Source of the DNA: Candidatus Fraserbacteria bacterium
GTDB taxonomy: Bacteria; Bipolaricaulota; Bipolaricaulia; RBG-16-55-9
Direction: 5' to 3'
Assembly (NCBI GenBank): GCA_037442925.1
Contig: JBBIPG010000001.1
Location: forward strand, 1,368-65,367
DNA: 64,000 nucleotides
Positions 8,275 to 17,335 of the stretch are shown here, one piece after another. A program made the position numbers and the translations under genes. How positions within the stretch are numbered: position 1 is the stretch's first letter; every line of letters starts with the position of its first letter. The notes under the pieces were generated by a model that saw only the letters and a list, made by a program, of their open reading frames with translations, did not search any database and was not told the origin of the DNA.

Positions 8275-9315
8275 ATGCGAAAGCTATGCGTACTGGTTGG
8301 AGTTTTAACTCTCGTCGGATTCATCTTGGCAGGCTGTGGACCGGGCAATCAAGCGCCCACAGTGAGCGTGACCAGCCCACAGGTAACTCAGGGTAAAGCG
8401 ACATCTAACAGCAAAGCCGTCTCCTTTGAAGTCAAAGGAGAAGACAAAGATCTACCTCAGGGCCAAAAGCTAACATACTCCTGGGATTTCGGTGACAACA
8501 AACCCACCAGCAAGAAGGACACGCAGGACGCCAAGATCACCTACACCTATGATAAGGCGGGGACCTACACCGTGAAGGTCGTGGCCACCGATGACAAGAA
8601 GGCCAAGAGCAAGGAAGTCAGCATCCAACTGGAAGTAAAGAACGCTCCACCCACAGCGGACGCCAAGGCCACACCCACGAGCGGTCAAGCCCCGCTGACT
8701 GTGCAGTTCGATGCCAGCGGTTCCAAGGATGCCGATGGCACGATCGCCAGCTACGAGTGGGACTTCGGCGATGGCCAGAAAGGCTCAGGCCAGAAAGTCA
8801 ATCACGACTATGTTGAACCCAAGACCTACACCGTCACGTTGACCGTGACCGACTCTGACGGAGCCAAGGCAACCAAGACTCTTACCATCACCGTGGAGGC
8901 GGCTTCCCAGGGAAAAGTCTGGGAAGTCCAGATGGAGCTTGAGGGCGGGAAGTTCTACTTCGAGCCCGCCGTGCTCAAGATCAATGTCGGTGATACCGTG
9001 CGCTGGGTCTGCAAGAGCGGCTGTCCTCATAGCGCAACGGCCTACACGAAGACGAACGGCAAAGCGGATGGACTGCCCGCGGGCGCGGCCTCATGGGATT
9101 CCAAGCTGGTGAACCAGGATGGTACGTTCGCGTTCACGTTCAGCGGACCGGAAGGGAGCTACCCCTACTTCTGCATCCCGCACGTTGCCTTGGGACAAGT
9201 GGGGCTCATCATCGTGGGCAAGTACACAGACTTGAGCGCCGACTTCCTGAGTAGCTTGCAGGGTGCGGAAAAGACGGAGATGCAAAAACTCATCGATCAG
9301 GCGAAGACGCTTTGA
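8275..9315 (+). CDS. Lipoprotein with two PKD domains and a C-terminal plastocyanin-like cupredoxin domain
   Basis: LAGC lipobox. Two WDFGD...YT PKD signatures. C-terminal CPHS ... YFCIPHVALGQ copper site (His, Cys, His, Gln). Confidence 0.7.
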   Translation: MRKLCVLVGVLTLVGFILAGCGPGNQAPTVSVTSPQVTQGKATSNSKAVSFEVKGEDKDLPQGQKLTYSWDFGDNKPTSKKDTQDAKITYTYDKAGTYTVKVVATDDKKAKSKEVSIQLEVKNAPPTADAKATPTSGQAPLTVQFDASGSKDADGTIASYEWDFGDGQKGSGQKVNHDYVEPKTYTVTLTVTDSDGAKATKTLTITVEAASQGKVWEVQMELEGGKFYFEPAVLKINVGDTVRWVCKSGCPHSATAYTKTNGKADGLPAGAASWDSKLVNQDGTFAFTFSGPEGSYPYFCIPHVALGQVGLIIVGKYTDLSADFLSSLQGAEKTEMQKLIDQAKTL

Positions 9316-10175
9316 CATTCTCTATCGTCGCTTGCGATCTCAAATCTGAGGAGTGGGGCGTCGCGGTTCAGTCGAAGTTCTTCGCGGTGGGCTCCGTCGT
9401 GCCGTGGGCTCAGGCCAATGTAGGCGCCGTCGCAACCCAAGCCTATGCGAACACGAGCTATGGCCCCCGAGGGCTTCGATTGCTGAGTTCGGGTCTTACT
9501 GCCAAAGAAGCGCTGGACCGACTTCTCTCCGACGATGAGGGTCGCGAACATCGACAGGTAGCACTGATAGACTCCCAGGGTCGTTCGGCAGCCTTCACCG
9601 GCAAGGAGTGTTATCCCTGGGCGGGCCATACAGAGAAACCGGGCTATGCCTGTCAGGGGAATATCCTAGCGGGGGAGGCTGTCGTACACGCCATGGCGGA
9701 AGCCTTCGAGGGAACCCGCGGTTCACTCGCGGAGCGTCTCATCGCTTCCCTTCGGGCCGGTCAGCAGGCAGGAGGGGATAAACGCGGTCAGCAATCGGCG
9801 GCGCTTCTCCTCGTGAGGGAGAAGGGTGGGTATGGAGGGTTCACCGATCGCCTGATGGATTTGCGGGTGGACGATCACCCTCAGCCCATCGAGGAGCTGG
9901 CACGCTTGCTGCGACTCCATCAGCTCTACTTCGGAAAGACGGCGGAGAAGATCCAGCTGGGCAAGAGTGAAGTCAAATCGATCCAGAAGATGCTTCGCGC
10001 CCTCGGCTATTACCGGGGTGCGATCCATAGCACCCTGGACGAGTTGACCCTTCAGGCCCTTGAGGATTTCCACAACGTGGAGAATCTGGAGATGCGGCGA
10101 CTTCAGACGCCCGACGTCTTAGATGTCGAAGTCTATCGATTCATGGAGGAGAAGTATCGAGCTCTTGGCCATTGA
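9312..10175 (+). CDS. DUF1028 (Ntn-hydrolase-like) protein with C-terminal peptidoglycan-binding domain
   Basis: MTFSIVACD N-terminus (Thr2). C-terminal LRALGYYRG...LDELTLQAL resembles PG_binding_1. Confidence 0.65.
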   Translation: MTFSIVACDLKSEEWGVAVQSKFFAVGSVVPWAQANVGAVATQAYANTSYGPRGLRLLSSGLTAKEALDRLLSDDEGREHRQVALIDSQGRSAAFTGKECYPWAGHTEKPGYACQGNILAGEAVVHAMAEAFEGTRGSLAERLIASLRAGQQAGGDKRGQQSAALLLVREKGGYGGFTDRLMDLRVDDHPQPIEELARLLRLHQLYFGKTAEKIQLGKSEVKSIQKMLRALGYYRGAIHSTLDELTLQALEDFHNVENLEMRRLQTPDVLDVEVYRFMEEKYRALGH

Positions 10176-10196
10176 GGACAATAAATGAAAGAGAAA

Positions 10197-10217
10197 GCCC
10201 CCGCCTGTGGCGGGGGC
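10197..10217. terminator. Stem-loop terminator after the DUF1028 gene
   Basis: GCCCCCGCC-tgt-GGCGGGGGC perfect 9-bp stem. A-rich upstream, weak T-run downstream. Confidence 0.45.
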
Positions 10218-10340
10218 TTCGTCCTCCACTTGCGGTGGTGAGAGGAAATTAGAGTAGAGGGACATCAGAAATTATAGCTCCTTCGGCTTCCCGCGTCGGT
10301 GATCTCGATTACATTAGGTGTGTTCGATCTTCCCAAGACA

Positions 10341-10369
10341 TTGAATGCGGAAGATCCGCAAGCTATCAT
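10341..10369 (+). promoter_or_regulatory. Putative promoter for the 10389 operon
   Basis: TTGAAT - 17 nt - TATCAT. Spacer contains GCGG-aagat-CCGC inverted repeat. Confidence 0.4.
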
Positions 10370-10388
10370 ACGCTTCGGGTGATCTCGT

Positions 10389-11045
10389 ATGCGAAGGGTG
10401 CTTCGTGTCTTCTTGCAGGCCACTTTCTGGAGTGTTATGGGTGTGGGGTTCTGGGTGTTGGCACAGACTGGTGACTACTTCCAGGATTATCCAGGTGGCT
10501 TCACTCAGGCTACCTATGAGATTACCACAAATGAGTTGGAGAACCCGATCACGTTGAGTTTTGAGATCGAGCCGGCATCCGCAGATCTCTTCACCGTCAC
10601 CAGCACCAACCGAGTGACGGCTCGACGGGAAGACTTAGCGATGGGCGTCACCAGTGGAGTCGCGCAAGCGCAGCTGCTCATTCAGGATGAAGCGGTGCGA
10701 GCCCTTCTCGAGAACCGCAAGAATCTTCGGCCACAGACTTCGTTCATACTGCCGAGTGGAGCGCGGTTCGCCAGCGCGGAACGTGAAACGATAGCCGGTG
10801 TGTCGGTCCTCTGTGGCATGCTGACCCAGCCTGACAGACCCACTCAACGCATCTTCCTGGCGATCACGGAAGATCCAACCTTGCCCTTTCCTCCGTGGAT
10901 TGAGCAGCAAGAAGAGCGTAGCTCAGGTGAGACGGTGGGTTCATTCGATGTCTGTGCCTCGCTTCTTCCACTGGCTCAGCAGTCGGGTCGGTTGTATGCC
11001 AAGGTCTTTGAGTTAAAGTTGACCCAGTTTGAGCATCGTGAGTGA
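10389..11045 (+). CDS. Secreted hypothetical protein
   Basis: 218 aa, N-terminal signal/TM. Overlaps downstream permease by 17 nt (operon). Confidence 0.5.
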   Translation: MRRVLRVFLQATFWSVMGVGFWVLAQTGDYFQDYPGGFTQATYEITTNELENPITLSFEIEPASADLFTVTSTNRVTARREDLAMGVTSGVAQAQLLIQDEAVRALLENRKNLRPQTSFILPSGARFASAERETIAGVSVLCGMLTQPDRPTQRIFLAITEDPTLPFPPWIEQQEERSSGETVGSFDVCASLLPLAQQSGRLYAKVFELKLTQFEHRE

Positions 11046-12237
11046 ACCATCGCGGTTTCGCCTCAGTCTGGATCTACTGCACTTGGCATGGGGGAACCTG
11101 CTGCGCCGTCCGATGAGATCCGTGTTGACAGTTGTGGGAATCGGGATCGGGATGACAGCGGTGGTGGGGCTTCTTGGGCTCACCGGTGGCCTGCAGCGAG
11201 TGTTGGAGGCGCAGTTTCAGCGGCTGGGACACGACCTTGTGCTCATCCTGCCGGGGGTAAGTCGTGGGCTTTCACCCTCGGAATCGATGGAGTTCGCATG
11301 GCAGAGTCTTCGCTCAGTACCTGGAGTCGCTCAATTGGGAGCCATGCTTCGCCAGACGCTCCCCGTCTCCACGGAGAACGCTCAGGGTTTTCTGATCGTT
11401 CTGGGGCTCTCTCCAGAGACTATGAACAACGCCGATCGCTTCTTTGCTCGCTTTGAGCTGGCAGAAGGGAGACTGCCAACTGCTGGAAGCCAGGAAGTCT
11501 TGCTGACTCAGAGAGCGGCACGTGATTTGAATCTACACGTAGGTGAAATCATTCGCGTATCCGATCGGGAATTTTGGACCAGCGGCGTGCTTCGTCCCAC
11601 AGGGGACTCACAGATGGAGGGAGCGATCGTTGTCCCGTTATCAGAGATGTGGGAGCTGACCGGGCGAGTCAACTCTGCGTCACTCGTCTGGGTTCAGGCA
11701 CAATCCGGCTATGACGTGGAAGTGCTGGCGACTTCCCTGGAAGCAGAGCTGCGTTCGAGTTCCATGGCAGGAAGCTTTACCGTGCAGACTTCCCAGCGTC
11801 TCGCCGACATCGTTCAGATCGTGCTGGGGGTGCTGCGGGCTGCTCTTACGGGCATTGCCGCCGTGGCCCTTCTGGTCGGAGGGATTGGGCTCATGAACAC
11901 CATGTATATGGCCGTCTTGGAGCGAACCCGAGAGATCGGCGTCCTGGTTTCGTTAGGTGCTCGTCAGAGCCAAATCCTGACGCTCTTCTTGATGGAAGCG
12001 GGATTCTTGGGGCTTCTTGGGGGAATAGTGGGAGTCCTTTTGGGAATGGGGCTGGCGACGACCATGGCTACCCTGATAGCGCAGGCAGCTCGTGCGCCGG
12101 GATTCGCGCCGGAGGCGAGCGCGTCGCTCATTGGGCTCTCTCTGCTATTCTCGATGGGCTTGGCGATGCTTGCGGGTGCGCTGCCTGCGCGTCGCGCAGC
12201 TTCATTGCACCCGGTGGATGCGCTACGCTATGAGTAA
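11029..12237 (+). CDS. ABC transporter permease, MacB/FtsX-like
   Basis: MacB-type periplasmic domain plus C-terminal FtsX 4-TM region. 402 aa. Confidence 0.8.
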   Translation: MSIVSEPSRFRLSLDLLHLAWGNLLRRPMRSVLTVVGIGIGMTAVVGLLGLTGGLQRVLEAQFQRLGHDLVLILPGVSRGLSPSESMEFAWQSLRSVPGVAQLGAMLRQTLPVSTENAQGFLIVLGLSPETMNNADRFFARFELAEGRLPTAGSQEVLLTQRAARDLNLHVGEIIRVSDREFWTSGVLRPTGDSQMEGAIVVPLSEMWELTGRVNSASLVWVQAQSGYDVEVLATSLEAELRSSSMAGSFTVQTSQRLADIVQIVLGVLRAALTGIAAVALLVGGIGLMNTMYMAVLERTREIGVLVSLGARQSQILTLFLMEAGFLGLLGGIVGVLLGMGLATTMATLIAQAARAPGFAPEASASLIGLSLLFSMGLAMLAGALPARRAASLHPVDALRYE

Positions 12238-12252
12238 AGTGCGAAGCAGCAG

Positions 12253-12282
12253 TTGACGCATCTTGCAATGTTTCGTTATGCT
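12253..12282 (+). promoter_or_regulatory. Putative promoter for prs
   Basis: TTGACG - 17/18 nt - TATGCT. Confidence 0.35.
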
Positions 12283-12308
12283 GAAGAACCCGGAAGAGGA
12301 GGAACTAC

Positions 12309-13253
12309 ATGGGGGGCGAGCTCAAACTTGTTGCGGGGAATTCCAATCTTGCTCTGGCTGAGGAGATCAGTGCTTGTCTAGGGGTTCCGCTCTGTGATGC
12401 GGAAGTTGGGCGCTTCCCCGATGGTGAAATCAATGTTCACATCAAGGAGACCGTACGCGGTGCGGACGTGTTTGTGATTCAATCGACTTCGCCTCCGGTC
12501 AATGAGCACTTGGTGGAGCTGCTCTTGATTCTCGATGCGTTGCGGCGCGCCTCTGCTGGGCGGATCACGGCCGTCATCCCGTACTATGGCTACGCCCGCC
12601 AAGACCGAAAGCACATCGGGCGTGTGCCCATCAGCGCCAAGCTCGTGGCCAATCTCATTGAGACTGCCCGAGCCGACCGTGTTCTCACACTCGATCTGCC
12701 TGCTGGCCAACTTCAGGGCTTTTTCGATATCCCAGTGGACAACCTGAGAATCGATCCCATCTTCGCCGACTATTTCTCACGCGAGGGCCTGGATCAAGGC
12801 TCCGTGATCGTGGCTCCCGATGTGGGTGCCGCTCGCAGAGCCAGTGGTGTGGCGGAACGCCTCGGTCTGCCTTACGCCATCGTAGAAAAGGTACGGCTCA
12901 GTGACAAGACCGGTCAAGTGCAAGCGCGCCACGTGATCGGCGAGGTAGAGGGCCAGCGAGCCATTCTCGTCGATGACATCATCTCGACCGGTGGGACCGT
13001 ACTGGCCGCCACAGATCTGCTATTGGCAAGTGGAGCACGGGAAGTCCATGCTGCGTTCTCGCACGGGGTCTTTGCCGGCGATGCCATGCAACGGATCGAG
13101 AACTCACGGCTTCAGAGTGTCATCGTAACCAATACCATTCCCCCGCCGATCAGCCCCAAGCTAACCCACATCTCCGTGGGCAAGCTCTTCGCGGATATCA
13201 TTGAACGCATTCACGAGGAGCAGTCCGTCAGCAAGCTCTTCCCCCACTACTGA
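12309..13253 (+). CDS. prs: Ribose-phosphate pyrophosphokinase
   Basis: VVAPDVGAARRA and DDIISTGGT PRPP-binding motifs. Confidence 0.92.
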   Translation: MGGELKLVAGNSNLALAEEISACLGVPLCDAEVGRFPDGEINVHIKETVRGADVFVIQSTSPPVNEHLVELLLILDALRRASAGRITAVIPYYGYARQDRKHIGRVPISAKLVANLIETARADRVLTLDLPAGQLQGFFDIPVDNLRIDPIFADYFSREGLDQGSVIVAPDVGAARRASGVAERLGLPYAIVEKVRLSDKTGQVQARHVIGEVEGQRAILVDDIISTGGTVLAATDLLLASGAREVHAAFSHGVFAGDAMQRIENSRLQSVIVTNTIPPPISPKLTHISVGKLFADIIERIHEEQSVSKLFPHY

Positions 13254-13310
13254 GGTTCATTGGCGTTTCCGCACGAAATTCGCTATGATAAAAGACCGTG
13301 CGGAGGGGTC

Positions 13311-14015
13311 ATGCAGATGGCTTATGAACTGAGTGCTGAGATTCGTACGCAGAAGAACCCAAGAGAGTTGAGGCGCCAAGGGCACGTCCCAGGCGTGATC
13401 TACGGTCCAGAGATACATCATTTGGTCTCGTTCGCCCAGAAAGAGCTGGAGGCTCTTTTGGGAAGGATCACCCGCAGCTCGCGCATCTCGCTCAAACTCG
13501 ATGGTGAAAAGTACGATACATTCATCAAGGAAATCCAATACGATCTTCTGACGGATCAAGTGATCCATCTCGACTTGTATCGGCCTCCTACCACGCGACC
13601 CATCACGGTGGAGGTACCCATCCGGCTTCGTGGTGAGTCCAAAGGGCGCAAGAGCGGAGGCGTCGTTGACCAGGCTCGTAGCGTCGTTCAAGTGCGTGGA
13701 GTGAGCGCTCTCATTCCTGAACTGATCGAGTTGGATGTCACGGAGCTGGATATTGGCCAAGCTCTCCACGCCAGCGATGTGAAGCTAGCAGAAGGAGTCA
13801 AGCTCGTTACCGCTGCGGAGACAGTGCTCGTCACCATCCTTGCGCCGCGCAAGGAAGAGGTGGTGGCACCCGTGGCTGTAGCTGTGGAGGAGGGTGCTGT
13901 GCCCGCTGCCGAGGGTGCGGAAGGAGCTGCCGCTCCTGGCGAGGGGAAAGAGGAAGCTATCCAAGGCGCGCCTGCCAAGGCGGCTAAGCAAGAGCCTGAG
14001 GGCAAGAAGAAGTAA
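13311..14015 (+). CDS. rplY: 50S ribosomal protein L25 / general stress protein Ctc, with A/E/K-rich C-terminal tail
   Basis: ORF 13260..14015 trimmed to ATG after GGAGGGG. prs-ctc-pth conserved order. Confidence 0.8.
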   Translation: MQMAYELSAEIRTQKNPRELRRQGHVPGVIYGPEIHHLVSFAQKELEALLGRITRSSRISLKLDGEKYDTFIKEIQYDLLTDQVIHLDLYRPPTTRPITVEVPIRLRGESKGRKSGGVVDQARSVVQVRGVSALIPELIELDVTELDIGQALHASDVKLAEGVKLVTAAETVLVTILAPRKEEVVAPVAVAVEEGAVPAAEGAEGAAAPGEGKEEAIQGAPAKAAKQEPEGKKK

Positions 14016-14054
14016 TCTCAAGAAGCTCTTTGGGCTTACTGAGAGCTTTACTTC

Positions 14055-14621
14055 ATGCCTGCGCGAATCCGCAAGGTGGCTATTGGCTTAGGCAATCCCG
14101 GCCCTCAGTACGAGCGCACGCGCCATAATCTGGGGTTCCTGGTGATTGATCGTTGGGTGGATCGCTTGCAGAGAAAACCCGAACGCATCGAATCGCAGAC
14201 GGCCATCCTCTACCAACATAGCGGGGTTCTGCTGGCCAAACCCACGACCTACATGAATCGGAGTGGCCTGGCCGTCCGCACGATCTGCGAAAGATTCCAG
14301 TTGACCCCGGAGCAGTGCCTCATCATCTATGACGATTATGCTCTACCCTTTGGCGTTCTTCGAGCCCGAGAGCGTGGCGGACCTGGAGGACATCACGGCA
14401 TGGAGTCCATCATAGAAGAGCTCGGAACCGAGGAGATTCCTCGCTTGCGAATGGGGATCGGAGCAGCTTCCGCTCACGAAGACCTCACAGACTATGTACT
14501 AGGAGAATTCACGCCGGAAGAAGAGAAGCGGTTGGACGAGTACCTCTCTCGCGCGGCGGATGCGATGGATTGTTTCTTTCAGCACGACGTTGAGGCCGTG
14601 ATGAATCGCTTCAACGGGTGA
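14055..14621 (+). CDS. pth: Peptidyl-tRNA hydrolase
   Basis: GLGNPG...RHN motif at N-terminus. Confidence 0.92.
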   Translation: MPARIRKVAIGLGNPGPQYERTRHNLGFLVIDRWVDRLQRKPERIESQTAILYQHSGVLLAKPTTYMNRSGLAVRTICERFQLTPEQCLIIYDDYALPFGVLRARERGGPGGHHGMESIIEELGTEEIPRLRMGIGAASAHEDLTDYVLGEFTPEEEKRLDEYLSRAADAMDCFFQHDVEAVMNRFNG

Positions 14622-14624
14622 TTG

Positions 14625-15353
14625 TTACGGGTGATCGTTGCCCAAATACGCTTGCTGCACAATGGGGTTCTTTATGATGTCCTCTGGAGGGCCCTCGGCG
14701 ATCAGTTCACCAAAGCTCATCACGAGAACGCGATCGACCAGGCGCATCACGCTTCGCACGTTGTGATCCACAATTACAACCGTCATCCCTTGCGCCCGAA
14801 GCTCTTGGATCGTCTGTGAGAGTTCATCCGCTTCGCTTGGGGTGAGGCCGGCAAAGGGTTCATCGAGCAGAAGAAGCTCCGGTTCCGTAGTAATGGCTCG
14901 GGCGATCTCCAAGCGCCTCAGGCCGGCGTAGGGCAGCATGGCTGGCAGCCTGTCGAGTTCGGGCAGGAGCCCGAGTCGCTCTGCCACGTGTATGATGTGA
15001 GCTCGGTCATGGAGCATCTGTGGGAAAAGATGGTTGGATAGAGCACAGAGTTCGAGGTTCTCCCAGACCGTCATGCCTGGACAGCACTGGACGCTCTGAA
15101 AGGCTCGTGCGATCCCCAGTTCGACGATCTGATGCGCCTTTCGGTGAGTGATGTCGTGCCCTTTAAAGTGAATTCTCCCGCGATCGGGCTTGAGCGTTCC
15201 CATGATCAAGTGGAAGACTGTCGTTTTGCCAGCTCCATTCGGCCCAATCAGCCCCATGATCGTGCCCTGCTCCACCTTAAGATCGAGCTGGTGGACGGCC
15301 TGCAACCCACCAAAGGCTTTGCTGATCTTGTGGGTTTCCAGGATGGCGCTCAC
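14625..15353 (-). CDS. livG: Branched-chain amino acid ABC transporter ATP-binding protein (LivG-like)
   Basis: Walker A GPNGAGKTT, signature, Walker B. ORF 14625..15491 trimmed to a GTG start at the livM stop. Confidence 0.85.
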   Translation of the reverse strand: MSAILETHKISKAFGGLQAVHQLDLKVEQGTIMGLIGPNGAGKTTVFHLIMGTLKPDRGRIHFKGHDITHRKAHQIVELGIARAFQSVQCCPGMTVWENLELCALSNHLFPQMLHDRAHIIHVAERLGLLPELDRLPAMLPYAGLRRLEIARAITTEPELLLLDEPFAGLTPSEADELSQTIQELRAQGMTVVIVDHNVRSVMRLVDRVLVMSFGELIAEGPPEDIIKNPIVQQAYLGNDHP

Positions 15354-16411
15354 TGCTGGCTCCTCCCTGTGTGGATCTGGATCTCGTCTACCGGCCTGCA
15401 GAGAAGATCTCCCATGAGCAGGGGAAGAAGACCCTTCCGGGCAAAGAGAACGAGGAATACGAGCAGGATCCAAAAGAGCAGCGAAATCCATCCCTGTCCC
15501 TCGAGAATGTGAAGCGCCTCCACTTGGGAAGGCAGTGCGCTTAGGTATTGCTGGCCAAGTTTTGTGATATACGCTCCGATCAGCGGCCCGATGATCGTTC
15601 CCAAGCCACCCGCGACACTGGCCACAATGATCGAGAGCGATAGATCGAGGCTCAGGACACCATCAAGACCTGCAGGCTGCAGAGCCGCCAGTACCGGAAG
15701 ATGCACGTAGGCGGCCCCGGCCAGGCCCGCTGCCGACGCGCTCACCATGAACGCCACCACTTTGAATTTGGCTGGACTCAGCCCTGAGGCTTCCACGGCG
15801 GCTTCATTGTCACGAATCGCCCTAAAGATCGCGCCCCATCTTGAGTGAGCAATCACCAACAATCCAGCACCAATCAATGCCATAAGACCCAGCGAATAAT
15901 AGTACGTCACGAGCTTGACTCTCTCCAGCGGGACATCGTACCCCAAGGGGGGGAAGAAGTTCTTCGGTGTGAAACTCATCCCGGAGATCCCTTCTGTCAC
16001 ATCGGAGTAGATGAGAACCAGCTTGTAGACAGCGATCAGTGCGAGGAGCGTGACCAACGCCAAATAGGGCCCTCGCAGACGGATGGCAGGGATCCCAATC
16101 AGGGCTCCCACGATGACAGATGTGCCCATACCGAGTGGGATCGTCACCCAGGGCGGCCACTCAAGGTGGGTGCCTGCCAGACCGCTGGTATAGGCAGCTA
16201 CGCCGATGAAGAGCGCATGGCCCAGATTCATCTGACCTGCATAACCGGCAAGAAGATCCCAGCTCATGGCAAAGATGGCAAAGAAGTTGGCGAAGATGAG
16301 AGGTGCATACCACTCCTTGGGCACGAGGTTGAAAGCTGGCAGCAAGGCGAGCGTGCCCACAACGCTAGCAAAGACAAGATACGAAGCACGCGATTGCCTC
16401 CTGCGGTTCAT
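15350..16411 (-). CDS. livM: Branched-chain amino acid ABC transporter permease (LivM-like)
   Basis: Multi-TM, 353 aa, overlaps livH. Confidence 0.85.
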   Translation of the reverse strand: MNRRRQSRASYLVFASVVGTLALLPAFNLVPKEWYAPLIFANFFAIFAMSWDLLAGYAGQMNLGHALFIGVAAYTSGLAGTHLEWPPWVTIPLGMGTSVIVGALIGIPAIRLRGPYLALVTLLALIAVYKLVLIYSDVTEGISGMSFTPKNFFPPLGYDVPLERVKLVTYYYSLGLMALIGAGLLVIAHSRWGAIFRAIRDNEAAVEASGLSPAKFKVVAFMVSASAAGLAGAAYVHLPVLAALQPAGLDGVLSLDLSLSIIVASVAGGLGTIIGPLIGAYITKLGQQYLSALPSQVEALHILEGQGWISLLFWILLVFLVLFARKGLLPLLMGDLLCRPVDEIQIHTGRSQQ

Positions 16412-17277
16412 GGTGCGGACCTCCCCAGCAGCCCTTGAGGGCGGAAGAGGAGGATGAGCACGGTGAGCAGCAGTGAAGGGACGCCCACCCAGGGAGCACC
16501 GAGCGGGATGTGGACTTGTGGCGCGTAGTAGGTGAAGGTCTCAGCGAACCCAACGAGATGGGCAGCAAGGAGCGAACCCGGTAAGCTTCCCAGCCCTCCT
16601 AAGATGACGATCGCAAACGAGATGATCAGGGGATCCATCCACATGCGTGGGTCTATCCCTCCCGGATAGGAAAAGAATATCCCCGCCAGCCCAGCCAGAG
16701 CTCCGGAGAGGGCCCACGTTGCTGTGTACGTGCGCTCGATGTCGATGCCCACCAGCGCCGCTCCTTTGCCGCTCATCGCCATGGCTCGGATGGCCTTGCC
16801 GGAGCGCGTGCGCTCCATGAAGAGCCAGCATCCTCCCAAAGCCAGCCAAGAGACGACGAACGCGAGGATCTGCACGTTCTCTACCCTCACTACCGCGACC
16901 GTGCTCACTCCACCCAAAGGAGGCGGGAGGCTCTTAGCTCCCAAGCCAAAGGCCATGGCAACCACCTCTTGCAGCACCAGGGCAATGGCCAAGGTCACCA
17001 CCAGCGTCAGGATGGACGAATGCTGGACACGACAGATGACACTTCGATAAAGTCCCGCGGCTACGAGCGATGTGGCCAACACTCCTAGTATCACGGCCAG
17101 GACAAGAGGAAGCCCCAGGATGGTGAACGCTGTAAATGCAACATAGGCCGAGATCATCAGTAGAGCTCCGTGAGCTAGGTTCAGTACCCCTGCAACCCCG
17201 AAGAGGAGTGTAAAGCCTAGAGCCAGCAACGCGTAGACCGCACTGCGAAGCCCGGCCAATAGCAGGATTTGCTCCAT
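16408..17277 (-). CDS. livH: Branched-chain amino acid ABC transporter permease (LivH-like)
   Basis: Multi-TM, 289 aa. Confidence 0.85.
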   Translation of the reverse strand: MEQILLLAGLRSAVYALLALGFTLLFGVAGVLNLAHGALLMISAYVAFTAFTILGLPLVLAVILGVLATSLVAAGLYRSVICRVQHSSILTLVVTLAIALVLQEVVAMAFGLGAKSLPPPLGGVSTVAVVRVENVQILAFVVSWLALGGCWLFMERTRSGKAIRAMAMSGKGAALVGIDIERTYTATWALSGALAGLAGIFFSYPGGIDPRMWMDPLIISFAIVILGGLGSLPGSLLAAHLVGFAETFTYYAPQVHIPLGAPWVGVPSLLLTVLILLFRPQGLLGRSAP

Positions 17278-17335
17278 AGTCTCACTGAGCTAGCATGGGT
17301 TGTAGAGTGTGCGCCCTCTACTGTGCTCAGCTCGT

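Noticed and set aside
14625-15491. N-terminal 46-residue extension of the livG ORF overlapping livM
   Set aside because: ABC ATPase homology begins at VSAILETHKISKAF. A GTG at the livM stop gives the normal coupled arrangement.
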